A stretch of 64,000 nt of DNA, taken from positions 31,372,001-31,436,000 of the forward strand of contig JANJGN010000019.1 of the NCBI GenBank assembly GCA_026770705.1. Direction: 5' to 3'. Positions 24,756 through 36,590 of the stretch are shown here, piece by piece. The notes beneath the pieces are model-generated. The model saw only the letters and a list, made by a program, of their open reading frames with translations. It searched no databases and had not been told where the DNA came from. The position numbers and the translations under genes were made by a program. This DNA comes from Isurus oxyrinchus (Eukaryota). The number at the start of each line of letters is the position of its first letter. Position 1 is the stretch's first letter.

Positions 24756-26739
24756 TGGAGTGGGAAGCTACAAACTCTCCTCCCACAGGTTTTGAATGTG
24801 GAATAAACTAATCTCCTGAGTTAATAATAACACAAGTTTGCTGTGAGTTATTAGTAAATTGGATCACACAAACTGAGGGTTTAGGAAAACACACCACCGC
24901 ATACCTTAAAAATAATTCAAAACACCTTCTGCTTGCAGACAGTTGGTGAGAGGAAATAAGTATAGCTTGCCTGTCTTTCTCCTGTTTGTAACATGGCTTA
25001 CGCATAATCTTTGATATTCAGCTAATTTCAGAATAACTACGTGAAATGACAACCAGATTGTTGGAGGCTTTCTATGATCAAAGATTGCCGCAGGTTATGT
25101 CGTTATTAAATACACCAATTCTATAGTTCCACCTAGCTTTGTTTTTATAATTTCTGTTGCCTTTGTTTCTGTTAATCTTTACATGTCAGTTTTGATCTCC
25201 CCCACCCCACCGCCCAAGGCTGTGTTTGAATTCTGTCCAATTTTCACAAACATTAGTCTGTCCCAAAATAGATCCCTACCATTATAGGACTCCGACTGAA
25301 AATGGGAAACTATGTGTCCATTGTTGAAATAGTGTTTTCATATTTTACAGGTTGATGACTTTGTATTTTTATGCAGAGAAAACAATAAGAGATGCAGCAT
25401 TATGTGGCAAAGGAAGTATAAATACTGCAAATCTTTTGCATCCCAGTGATGCAAAAAATCTTTTCAAGTTCAAAAATCAAAAAGCACATCCTGTGATGTC
25501 ACTGCTTTTCAATCAAGATGAGGTAACTGCACTTACAGCCATGTTACATCATCTATGTATTGAATATTCAGAATGTAATTATTCTGAGGGACTGGTTTGT
25601 GGGACAGCAAAGGCATGGCTCCTCCCAGCCTGAGGAAGGGAAGGAACAAGTTGCATAAATAAGGTAAACTCAGAAGTTTCATAAAGGGAAAAAGAAAATA
25701 GCAGAAAGCAAACTGCTATTGAAGTAGCTGACTCGTATCATTATTAAAACAGGCTTTAAAGTGTTGGTACTGTGGTTATTGCTACCAGATTGAAGATGAG
25801 AAGTTGTGGCAGGAAGCATAGGCAGACAATCAGATCGCCAGCTCCTGAGGTGAGGCTCCCTATACTGACAGGTGAGATGAAATGTGTGATCTGTTGCTGG
25901 TGTGTTAACAGGAAGCACTTGATGGTTATACTGCAAAATGGCTCCTGGTGATTACTAGAAGCTCAGCTTTACCTTTTGCATTCCGGTGGTATAGAAAATG
26001 CCTTTTAATTAATACAAATCAAAATGAGGTCACTGTGCTGTTACCTCCTCTCAATCAAACTAAAACAACCTCAACCAGAGCATATTGACTCCCTCATCCA
26101 GCACCATGTACCTTTGTGATGACAAGTAGATTTGTTTATGTTCCAGCATGGAATCAAGCTGACTGAGTTATTTATGAGCTTTTCTGCTTCACTTCCTGCT
26201 CTTAAAACCAGTTTGAATTCAACGTGTTTCTACAGGTTGTTGATAAACTTTGGTTTCCCCTCTGTACACGTTTTCTTTCCTTACAGTGGATATATTTGAC
26301 ATTTTTAAAGTTCCAATGCAGGTTGAATTTATGGCATATAAAACATGTACCCATATAGTTCTCTTCTTTCGTTCAAATCTCATAGGTATGCAACACAAGG
26401 GTTTCTGCCTGGTCATGTGTGAGATCCAGGTTCATAGCTGTGAGATGAATTTAAGACAGAAAGTGTGGGAGGCTCTAGTTTACACAGATATGTCACCAAA
26501 AACCCTACGGGGCAAGTCAGTCTCACATGAAGAGCTGAATTAATGCTTATTGGCATTGGATTTGGAAATTTAAAACATTGTGGTAGCTGACATGACACCA
26601 ACTGTCCTGGGTAATTGATTCCACCATGCTGCAGATTAGTGTCTATTGTATCCTAATGAAGAAACTTAGATACTTGGGATGACAGTTGCTGGAAAGCATT
26701 ATCTGTATTTTCAGGATTTACGTCTAGCATGACTAAGTT

Positions 26740-27900
26740 GCAGAGAAACAAGCAGCTGCTGATGAGGTTCTCCTCCTCTAACATGTGGAAACACTTGATA
26801 TCTTATATACTTCTATAATATCACCTCACAATCATCTCCTTTTCTTTGCATTTCAATATTATTTCTTCATAACTCAATCTTCTGGCACTAGAAATCAGTC
26901 CTGGAGCTCATATCTGGATCACCTCCAGGGCTTGAATGTTTTATTTGAGCTTCAGTGATCAGAATTGGACAAAGTATCACAGTTTAGTCTGAACAGAACA
27001 CTATATTGTTGCAGCATGATTTGCCCTGATTTGTAATCAATTGTTTTGGTTATATAGTCCAACAATCTATTTACTTCAGTAAGTTCTGCTCTACACAATA
27101 TCTGAGTATTAAAGAGGACAGAAAAAAATTGCTTTCATGTGGCATCTTTCACAACTTTAGGCTATTCTAAAATGCTTTACAGCCAATAAAATAATTTGTT
27201 AGTCATTGTTGTAATGTAGAGATGCCATCTGAGCACAGCAAGGTCTCACAAGCAGCAATAAGACAATGGCCAGATAAACTGTTTTAATAATTTTGGTTGA
27301 GGAATAAATATTGACCAGGACACAAGACTAAATGCCAAGCTTTATTTGAATAGTGGCATGGGATCTTTTATATCTTGGTTTAATGACTCATTCAAAAGAC
27401 ATTGGTCCCTCAGTACTGTACTGAAGTGACAGCCTAAATTATGTTTCTGGAGTGAGAGTCGAACCAAAAAGCTTCTGTCTCAGGAGTAAGAGTGCTGTCT
27501 CTGAGTCAAGACTGACAGTCTAACAAATATGACTGACAGTCTCTAATTGGGCTGATAAGTCTACTAAAATCACTCAATTTCTATCAACTTTATTATTAAC
27601 TATTTTGACAAGCAAATGGAGTACTCCTGCTGCCCAATTTGTTTGCCTCATTCCATATAACAATTGTCAATATTAAGTTTCACCTGCCATTGTTTCATCC
27701 ACTTTTGTATGACTCATTTTATAGTTGCCGAGCTGAATCCTCAGGCTGAATTACTACCACCATCACATTAAGCTTAAATGGTAGCCTTTTGTTCAGAACC
27801 TTGTTAAATGATTTTTAGAAGTTGAGATATAGCATGCCATAGATCTTTCCACGGTCCACTTATGATTTTACCACTCATACAAAAAAGTGGATCTCTTAAC
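26740..27900 (-). mobile_element. Old CR1 fragment interrupted by a DeuSINE (~27120-27520, minus strand)
   Basis: GATCAGAATTGGACAAAGTATC is a decayed reverse complement of EYCVQFWS; the SINE matches the reverse complement of 32030-32595. Confidence 0.55.
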
Positions 27901-28913
27901 CTGCATATCAATTTCATGCCGTGCCTGGCATCAAACATATTTTTAATCAGGGCTCAATTCTATGAGATTAAAGAAGGGGTTGGTGTGGGTGTGAGTGGGC
28001 AACAAGCTGATATGTCATTAGTTGCTAGGTAGGAGGAGACGCAAACTGCTGAGTGCATTATTGTTTGTTGTCTGTGCTGAACTTGTAGGAAATTTGAACC
28101 AAGGACTACAATAATTCCTGAGCGACCACTTTGGAAAGTACCTCCAGTAGTAGCAGCCTCCAGTAGTAGAAGGTATATTTGAATTGTTAGTTGGCACAAT
28201 TGACAGCAAAATAGGCCATGAACAGAACCAGCAAAGTAGCAACTTTGACTAATACACAACCTCTTAAAGATAATTAAAATGATTATTTGTGACCAAAGCA
28301 TTTCCTAAAAGTGGGAATTTGAGCTTATTGTTGTTTCCAGATTTTTAAACCGCTCTTTAGCTCTCAAGAAAGTAAGTTTTTAGAGAGCTTGTTGTGAGCC
28401 TGCTTAATTACCAACTCTAAATGAAAAGGAGCTTAGCTCCAAGGATTTTGCTCTTCTCCATCAGAACTAATTTAAAAATAACCTATTTGACTCCTGGCAT
28501 CAATGAGTATTTCATTTGGAGCCAAAATTGATTCCAAGGCTCCTGTTTTCCCACCTGCGATAACATCCTGTTTGGTGGATATAATGTGACTGCCAGAATT
28601 GCATGAAAAGCAATGTGTTAGAAGGTGTTCAAGGTCTTTTAATACCTACATTTTGTGAATGATCTGCTATCATTTTCCATTTTAAGCACTAATTTCAGTC
28701 AATAATAAACAATATTGTTAAATTCAAAGTATAAAAATCTTTTCAAGAACTGCATATTTTTCTTCCAGTTGGCAACGGTAAGTTAAAAATTTTAAAAAGC
28801 AAACCAAACACGTGGATTCATTTCTAGAGGGATAGAATTGAAAAGCAGAGAAGTTCTGTTAAACCTGTATTGAACCTTGGTTAAACCACACTTGGCGTAC
28901 TGGGCACAGTTTT

Positions 28914-30600
28914 GGGCCTGGATTTTACAGGGTGTGGTGGTCCCAGCCCCTGGCTAAAATGTCAGTGGAGAGCTCACTCATGATCCTGACAGTTTCCCTG
29001 CAGCAATTTAACACTGAGCTGAGACTTTACCCCCTGTCTAAGTAGGAAGTCCAACTTTAGGTGGCTGCTGACCAATCAGATGGCCAGCAGCCCTATTGTC
29101 CCAGCACCACCACGACGAGTGAGGGCCACTGCTCGGACTACAGGCAGTTCCACCACACCAAGAAGCCCAGGTAAGTCCAGGTTGGGAAGTCTTGCAGAGG
29201 CCTGCCAACCTGGCCCCAGTGAGAGAGGTGATGGGGGTATGGGGGGGATGGGTTAATGCGGCTTGGGTGGAGATTACGGGGGTGGGGTGGGGGGGATGAC
29301 CTTGATGGGGTGGGCGGTTGCCTCTGATGGGCTCAGGTAGCCCACAAAGGAGATCCCCAGCCCCTTTTCCCAACACCAACCTGTGCAGCTAAAGCTGGTG
29401 TGTGCCCCCCCCCCACCCCCACTCCCCGCCAACCCCACCCCTGCCATCGGTAAAATACCAGCAGCACCATTAATTGGCTGCATATGAGCCTCAATAGACC
29501 CAAAAGCAGACAGGACACCAACTCCTCCCCTGCACCCTGTAAAATTTCAGACAGGTTGGGGGCGGACGAGTAGGCAGCAGGAAGAGGCCACCTGCTTAAT
29601 TTTACACCCCCCCCCCCCCCCTCACTGCATCCTGTCACAAGAACAAAGAACAAAGAAAAGTACAGCACAGGAAGAGGCCCTTTGGCCCTCCAAGCCTGTG
29701 CCAATCATGCTGCCCGTCAACTAAAACATTTTGCATTTCCAGGGTCCGTATCCCTCTCTTCCCATCCTATTCATGTAATTGTCAAGCTGCCTCTTAAACA
29801 CCACTATCGTACCTGCTTCCACCACCTCCTCTGGCAGCGAATTCCAGACACTCACTACCCTCTGCGTAAAAAATCTATGTCCCCTAATAATTGACTCTTC
29901 CACCCTGGGAAAAAGCTTCTGACTATCTACACTGTCCATGCCACTCATAATTTTGTAAACTTCTTTCAAGTCGCCCCTCAATCTCTGTCGCTCTAGTGAG
30001 AACAATCCGAGTTTCTCCAAACTCTCCTCATAGTTAATAACCTCCAGACCAGGCAGCATCCTGGTAAACCTCCTCTGCACCCTCTCCAATGCCTCCATAT
30101 TCTTCTGGAAATGTGGTGACCAGAATTGCACACAATATTCCAAGTGTGGCCTAACCAAGGCTCTATACAGCTGCAGCATGACTTCCCAGCTTTTATACTC
30201 AATACCCCTGCCAATGAAGGCAAGCAAGCCATATGCCTTCCTGACTACCTTATCCACCTGCACTGCCACTTTCAATGACCTGTGGACCTGTACACCCAGA
30301 TCCCTCAGCCCGTCAATGCACTTAAGGGTTCTGCCATTTACTGTATAATTCCTGCCTGTATTAGACCTTCCAAAATGCATTACCTCGTATTTGTCCGAAT
30401 TAAACTCCATCTGCCATTTCTCCACCCAAGTCTCCAACCGATCTATATCCTGTTGTACCCTTTGACAATCCTCTTCACTATCTGCAACTCCTCCAACCTT
30501 AGTGTCATCTGCAAACTTACTAATTAGCCCAGTTACATTTTCCTCCAAATCATTTATCCAAACCTTCAAACCTGACAGTGGAGAGCATAAAATCCACCCC
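28914..30600 (+). mobile_element. Harbinger-type MITE inside CR1, itself interrupted by a younger CR1
   Basis: TIRs GGGCCTGGATTTTAC / ATAAAATCCACCCC. Confidence 0.65.
29638..30560 (-). mobile_element. 5'-truncated CR1 LINE with a stop-free RT C-terminal frame (282 aa ORF)
   Basis: INDLEENVTGLISKFADDTKVGG...WQMEFN..K.EVMHFG...RPHLEYCVQFWSP...LERVQRRFTRMLPG; 3' tail repeat (AAGAACA)n at 29638-29660. Confidence 0.93.
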
Positions 30601-30687
30601 CTGGTTCCGTTCTAGAAGCACTGGAGAAGGTGCAAAAAAAGATTTACACGGATGATACCAGAACTGAAAAGATATACTTTTCAGGAA

Positions 30688-31083
30688 AGTGGCATAGTGC
30701 TAATGTCACTGGACTAGCAACCCAGAGGCCCAGGCTAATGCTTTGGGGACATTGGTTCAAATCCCACCACAGCAGCTGGTGGAATTTAAATTCAATTAGA
30801 TAAAACAATCTGGAATTGAAAGCTGGTCTCAGGAATAGTGACCATGAGACTATCATCAATTGTCATAAAAACCCATGGTTCACCAGTGTCCTTCAGGGAA
30901 GGAAATCTGTCATCTTACCTGGTCTGATCTACATGTGACTCCAGGCCCACTGTAATGTGGTTGACTCTTAGCTGCTCTCTGAATATAGCCTAGTAAGCTA
31001 CTCAGTTCAAGAGCAATTATGGATGGGCAACAAATGTTGGCCTTGCCATTGATACCCACATCAAATGAAAGAATAAATTTAAA
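30688..31083 (+). mobile_element. Near full-length tRNA-derived SINE
   Basis: A-box TGGCATAGTGCT, B-box GGTTCAAATCCC and A-rich tail; inserted in CR1. Confidence 0.85.
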
Positions 31084-32029
31084 GAGAGGATGAAGAGGCT
31101 GGAATTCTTCTCTCGACAAAAGAGAAGGCAGAGGAGAGACCTGATAGAAGAATTTAAGATTATGATAACTTTGACCAATATACAACCTCTTAAAGATAGA
31201 CATAGAGATGTTTTCAGTTGTGGGGTAGACTAAAACTAAGGGCAGTAAGCTTAACATAATCACGAAAAAATCGAAAAGGGAATTCAAGAAAACTTTACCC
31301 AAAAAGTGGTGCCACTACCACAAGTAGTTGAGGCAAACAGCAACATATGCATTTAAGAAAAGCTATACATGCACACGAGGGAGGAAGGAATAGAAGCATA
31401 TGCTAATAAGAATGGGAGGAAGCTTGTATGGAGCATAAACACTGGCATAGACTAGTTGGCTGAATGGCCTGTTTCTGTGCTGTAGACTCTATATGTAACT
31501 CTCTAAGTAACTATCTCTTTCTTATCGAAATATCCTTTTTATTCACTAAAAAATGGCTAGTTAAAAAATTATGAAGACTGATCATAAGGTCTTCCTCACA
31601 AATATGGCTCTCAATGGCCTGGGCTGCATCCCATCTATTATCATCACTCCCATTAGAAGTCAGTGTTTTCAGAAAAGAAGCATGCCTACATTTCAGGGCT
31701 GAACCAGAATATCCAATAGAAACTATTTTTTTGTTTTATACACTAAAAAAAAGACTGACCTATAATCTCATGATCACAGTAGCTATTTAACATATTACAA
31801 TTACAAACATTAAAACAAATGTAGAACATTATCTAATGAAAGGTATATTAGGTTATTTCAAGATAATCATATTTTATATGATCTTGACTGCATGGGGAAC
31901 TGCTGCTTAGTAGGCAGATACACAAATCAATAAATGGATGGATGGTTGATTGCTTGACATATGGTTAATAGAGGGATAGATTATTATAGAATCACCCTTA
32001 AAGAGATTAAATTCTAACTCTAAAACATG

Positions 32030-32595
32030 TCAGCCGTGGCTCAGTTGGTACCACTTTTGCCTCTGAATTGGAAGTTTTTTTTAATTCCATCATAGGATGT
32101 GGGTGTCATTGGCAAGGCCAGCATTTATTGCCCATCCCTAATTGCCTTTGAGGAGATGGTGGTGAGCCACCTTTTTGAACAGCGGCAGTCCATGTGGTGT
32201 AGGTACACCCACAGTGCTGTTAGGAAGGCTGTGGGTTCAAGTCCCACTCCAGAACTTAAGCACAAAAACAAGACTGACATTCCAGTGAAATGGTGGTGCT
32301 CCATTGGAGAAGCTGCCCTCTCAGATGGATGTAAAAGAATCCCTAACACTGTTTTGAAGAATTGTAAGGGAGTGATCCCCAGTGTCCTGGCCATTGTCCT
32401 TCTCAGTTAACATGACAAAACCAGATTAACTGGTCATTATCACATTGCAGTTTGTGGGAGTTTGCTGTGTGCAAATTGGCTGCTGATTTCCTACATTACA
32501 ACTGTGACTACACTTCAAAAGTACTTCATTGGCTGTAAAGTGTTTTGGGAAGTCTGGTGGTTGTGAAAGGTGCTGCATAAATGCAAGTCTGTCTT
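32030..32595 (+). mobile_element. DeuSINE (SacSINE1/AmnSINE1-like) with an inserted minus-strand LINE/SINE 3' tail (~32075-32222)
   Basis: tRNA head (GTGGCTCAGTTGGTA...GGGTTCAAGTCCC), Deu core TGGTCATTATCACATTGCAGTTTGTGGGAGTTTGCTGTGTGCAAATTGGCTGC and L2-type tail ATAAATGCAAGT; GGAAG is duplicated around the insert. Confidence 0.85.
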
Positions 32596-35500
32596 GGTTA
32601 AATGAGCTCCCAACTCATACTCCAACCTTCTCACCCAGCTGTGAGGATAGCAGTGCTCCACAAATTGTTATTCGAGTTTTAATTTAAATCTTCATTTTAT
32701 AGAAATGGAGATATTTAATCTTCCTTATGTAGTGGAAACATTAAACTACAATTAAAGACAAAGACGTTCCAGTAACCCTTGCAGAATTTTCATCAAAGCA
32801 GTGTTAATATAGTCCACTTTATAAACCATAAGGTGTAATATGACTGTGAGATATATTAGATTAGCAGAGAAAAGTATCAATCACATTAAAAAATTATGGT
32901 GACTGGAGGCGAGGAAGTTGATTTACAGCTTCTCAAATTGCACACAAACTCCCTGACGAAGGATTGTTCTTCCAGACGAGTGAAAAAATAACGTTAGGGC
33001 AAATGTTTCAGTGGAAAGGAAAATTGTGTCCAGAAATTCCATTTAATAGAGAAAAACGATGCCAGCTAAAGATATGTGAGTTGATGATGGAGTGTTTTAC
33101 TGCTTTTTGCCAGCTGATCATTCCATTTAGCAGCGGTAGCAAATGCACGGCAATATTAGCCCACAGACTTTCCCAACATCTTGAAACAAGCAGCAGCTTT
33201 AAATGAGGTCGTCCCTCCAGCTTCTCGGGTTAAAAGAGGCGGGCCTGTAAAATGTGGTAGAGCCATTACAAGAAACCTGAGATCCATTCATCATGCACTC
33301 AAATCGCCCCATCGCATTTGGATTGATTAGAGACAAACGATACCGTACAGTCCAGAGCACAGGGGCCATGCCTACTGACTCCAAAACCTTCATCTCGGTT
33401 CTAGGGCTTCACATTTATGACTGTAACGAATGACTTTAAACGTATTCATTTCTGCCGCAACTATTATTTTCTTCTGGCATTTAGGACTTTGAATAATTAT
33501 TGCTAAAATGCTTTGCTTGATAACACTCCCGTGAAGCGCTTGGAATGGTTCACAACGTTAAAGGTGCTACATAAATGCAAGTTGTTGTTTGTATGTGACA
33601 TAAAGGAAATTTTATACAGATCGACTAGATTTCGGTAAAGTAAAAATAATTTTAAGTGGCTTCTCAAGGATGAGCTAAAATAAAATTGGGTACATGAAAC
33701 GTCGGTAGCAAGATAGTGACTGACTCGTATATATTTCACTGAAATGAGAATGCTAAATTTTCATGGATGAATTTCACATCCTCATAATTCTGTTAATTGA
33801 TAAACCACGTAACGATTGGAGGTTATTCGATATCCCTAGCCTTACAGCTCCATAGAAGACAGAAGTAAAATGAATCACTGTTGCACGCAATTTTAATTGA
33901 GCTATATGTTGTCGCAATGGTAACCAGCTCTTATCGGTCATCTAATATTTCTCTTATATCCTCAATCAGTTACAGATCGAAAGGTATGTGTAACTTTGCG
34001 CTGAAGACCCGTGCTCACGTTACCAAAAGGAAACCAATTGCGTGTGCTGAGTGAGACCTCCCTCTACATCCCATTAAACTGCGCCACAACAAATCAACCT
34101 TCCTGAGCCCTCATTTAAACAGAAAGCAGCAGCTAATTAACTCCATCTTTCCAGACGAACCCCACTGTTTATTTAATGTCACACAACATTAGTATCATTC
34201 ACACTTTCTTCTTAGTAAGCAGAATTCTCTCGTCGTTACAAAGAATGTTTTATGAAACTCACCCATTACAGCTCAGGCTCAAACATGTGACCAATGCGTT
34301 CATGTTGAAAGCTACAAATACCTGAATTGTTTATTTAATTTCACTGGGAAATCATTTTGATTCAACAGGACGACAGCTGAAGTCAATGGACAGTCGTCCG
34401 TTCTTTAAAGGCATTGGAATGTTCGTGGACTCATCCAACCGAAAATGCTACAGAAGTCAAAAAGTTTATTTTAATTGCATTTCCAGGTGGAATTTTTGAA
34501 TTAAATATATATGTTTATCAATTGCGACGACCATACAGATAAAATGTGGCATTTCTAGTGTAGATTGTATTAAGGGCAGGTTGGTCCAGGTCAAGTTAGA
34601 CACTTAAACTTATGTTTGCATCGCTCATAAAATCGCCCGTTATGTGTTAGCCGACGTGTATTCTTATTGTGGTGGTTGTTTAAATCACTCTGGCTAGTGG
34701 ATTCATCTTTCCAATATCTGACTTTTTCATGTTTCGGAGAGGATGTTTATTTTTTGTATCTGCATATTGGCTGAGAGAACAACCTTGAAAAGCCTATTTG
34801 CCTGATGGAATTGTGCTTATAGCCCTCGTAGTGCATTTTTTTTTAGATTCGTGGACCTCAATTCTTATATAAAATATATACATTGAGAGTGTGTTAAACG
34901 GTCGTTGCAGACAGTTTGTTCACTGCAGACTAAATCGTGAGGCGCTGCTAAGTAGTTTGAGCCCAGTAACTACCTGCGATTGTTTTCGTTGCTGATTGCA
35001 CTATAAGTAAGTCAAAGACAAAAAAAAAGTAGGTTATATTTTCCTTGAAGACAGACAAACTAGCATTGGCTTAGAAGGATGATCCCCTGTCCCAGATCTC
35101 CCAGGGCGCTCGCAAACATTGTTTTTACAGGTGTTCAGAGGAATCACTAAAAGTGATTAAAGGTTTATTCTATTCCATGCTAATGGATTTGGTGAGGATT
35201 TAGATAACTTCAACAAACGGAATGAGCTGAATTTGTTAAATGTTTAGACTTGGATCCGTATTTTTAAAGAAATGTTTTTTTTTAAAAAAACTGAGACCTC
35301 TGCAAGAAATCCGACTCTCTAAAGAGAATGTAGCATTACAGTTAACTGAAGTTAAGGAAACGTGACATAATTGTTCAAACTACAGAAGGACTAGAGCGTT
35401 TGAAAAGCAAAGAATTCTCATCAATGCCTTTTATACACAAATCTACACAGGTGGGTTCTGCAAAAAAAATACAAGGGAAAGGAATTAAAGACTAATCCAA

Positions 35501-36475
35501 TGCTCAGGGGGTACTTGCCAAATATTTAAACCATTCATTTCCTGTTGTATTTTTTATAACCTAACTGCTCTGTTTTGGGGACGCAAATTAATTTGTAATT
35601 AACATAATATCCCGCTAACTTGCGAAAAACATATCTCTTAAAAAGTGGGTATTATTGTCACAAATGTAAAGAATTATATCCTAAAACCTATAATTTGAAA
35701 GTTACATTTTCATTTCATCTCAGAACACTGGCCTCTGGTGTTGGAGAGACTGGAAGACACAGAATGTATTCACTGAATAAAAAATGTTATATAAAAGCCA
35801 TTATATTGAAGACGCCGATTTAGGCAGGCATTGGAGGTGTGCCTTTTGTCAAGTACATGTTGCACAGGCTCTAAAATTTAGTTTGCTATCGACCACATTA
35901 AAGTGGCTACTTAGCACAGTGCTTAAATTGTTTATCAATTATTTAGCACTCTTCACACGACTGAAGTTATGTTTATCTTGGATTGTGAACAAAATTAATC
36001 GAACCTTTCAAAGTATCTCCAAATTTTTCAATTGTTACATGTGTAAGGTAAAGCACGAGGTTTTTCTTGAACACGAAAAGGCAAGAAATAGAATAATTTG
36101 TTCAGTGTTTGCTGTTATTTAATTCCCAGTGCATAAAAAAAGTGTTAAAGTTACACTCTGAAACAGGACTATAGAGACTGGAACACCTTCCAATATCGAA
36201 GGTTCAACAATGGAAAGCAAAATCCGGATTAAGTCCTCTGGATCTATAAATGGATATAATAGCGGCCAGTTTAAAATAACGATTCCCCCCTCCCCACCCC
36301 ACCCCCACACCCACACCCAAACCAGGCTGATACCCATTATTTCAATGATTCATTCACAAAGTAAATGTACCACTATTATTTTAGCTTCCAGGAAAATAAT
36401 GCATTGATTTCATAATTGGAGGAGCTTCGTGCGGGTCACTTTCGAAAACCGCAACACTAGTCAGCAATTTAGGAA

Positions 36476-36590
36476 CAGAAATAACTTGCATTGATATAGT
36501 GCCTTTCACGGCCTCAGTTGGTCTCACGGCACTTCATAGCCAATGATGTACCTTGACATGTAGTCACTGTTACAATGTAGGGAAACAAGG
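36476..36590 (-). mobile_element. DeuSINE 3' remnant 2.5 kb upstream of six1
   Basis: ACTTGCATTGATATAGTGCCTTTCAC...AGCCAATGA...GTAGTCACTGTTACAATGTAGG is the reverse complement of the tail at 32490-32590. Confidence 0.7.

Larger units (their letters stand above)
23792..24993 (+). mobile_element. Possible solo LTR containing a Penelope tail and a (TG)n tract
   Basis: TGTTA...TAACA termini with near-matching 4-bp flanks TTGC/TGGC; AATAAA near 24802. Confidence 0.35.
28790..31490 (+). mobile_element. CR1 LINE 3' portion split by nested insertions (pieces 28790-28913, 30601-30687, 31084-31490)
   Basis: Colinear CR1 motifs (SRGIELKSREVLLNLY..LVKPHL.YWAQFW / EALEKVQK / R.RGDLIE) and CR1 3' tail GGCTGAATGGCCTGTTTCTGTGCTGTAGACTCTAT. 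Confidence 0.8.

Noticed and set aside
29721-30569. 282-aa RT ORF as a functional or domesticated gene
   Set aside because: 5'-truncated CR1 lacking the endonuclease and most RT motifs, with an internal deletion; a young dead copy is the simpler explanation.
30688-30780. tRNA genes at A/B-box matches (also ~270, 12160, 12525, 32035, 60025)
   Set aside because: No complete cloverleaf; each continues into a SINE body.
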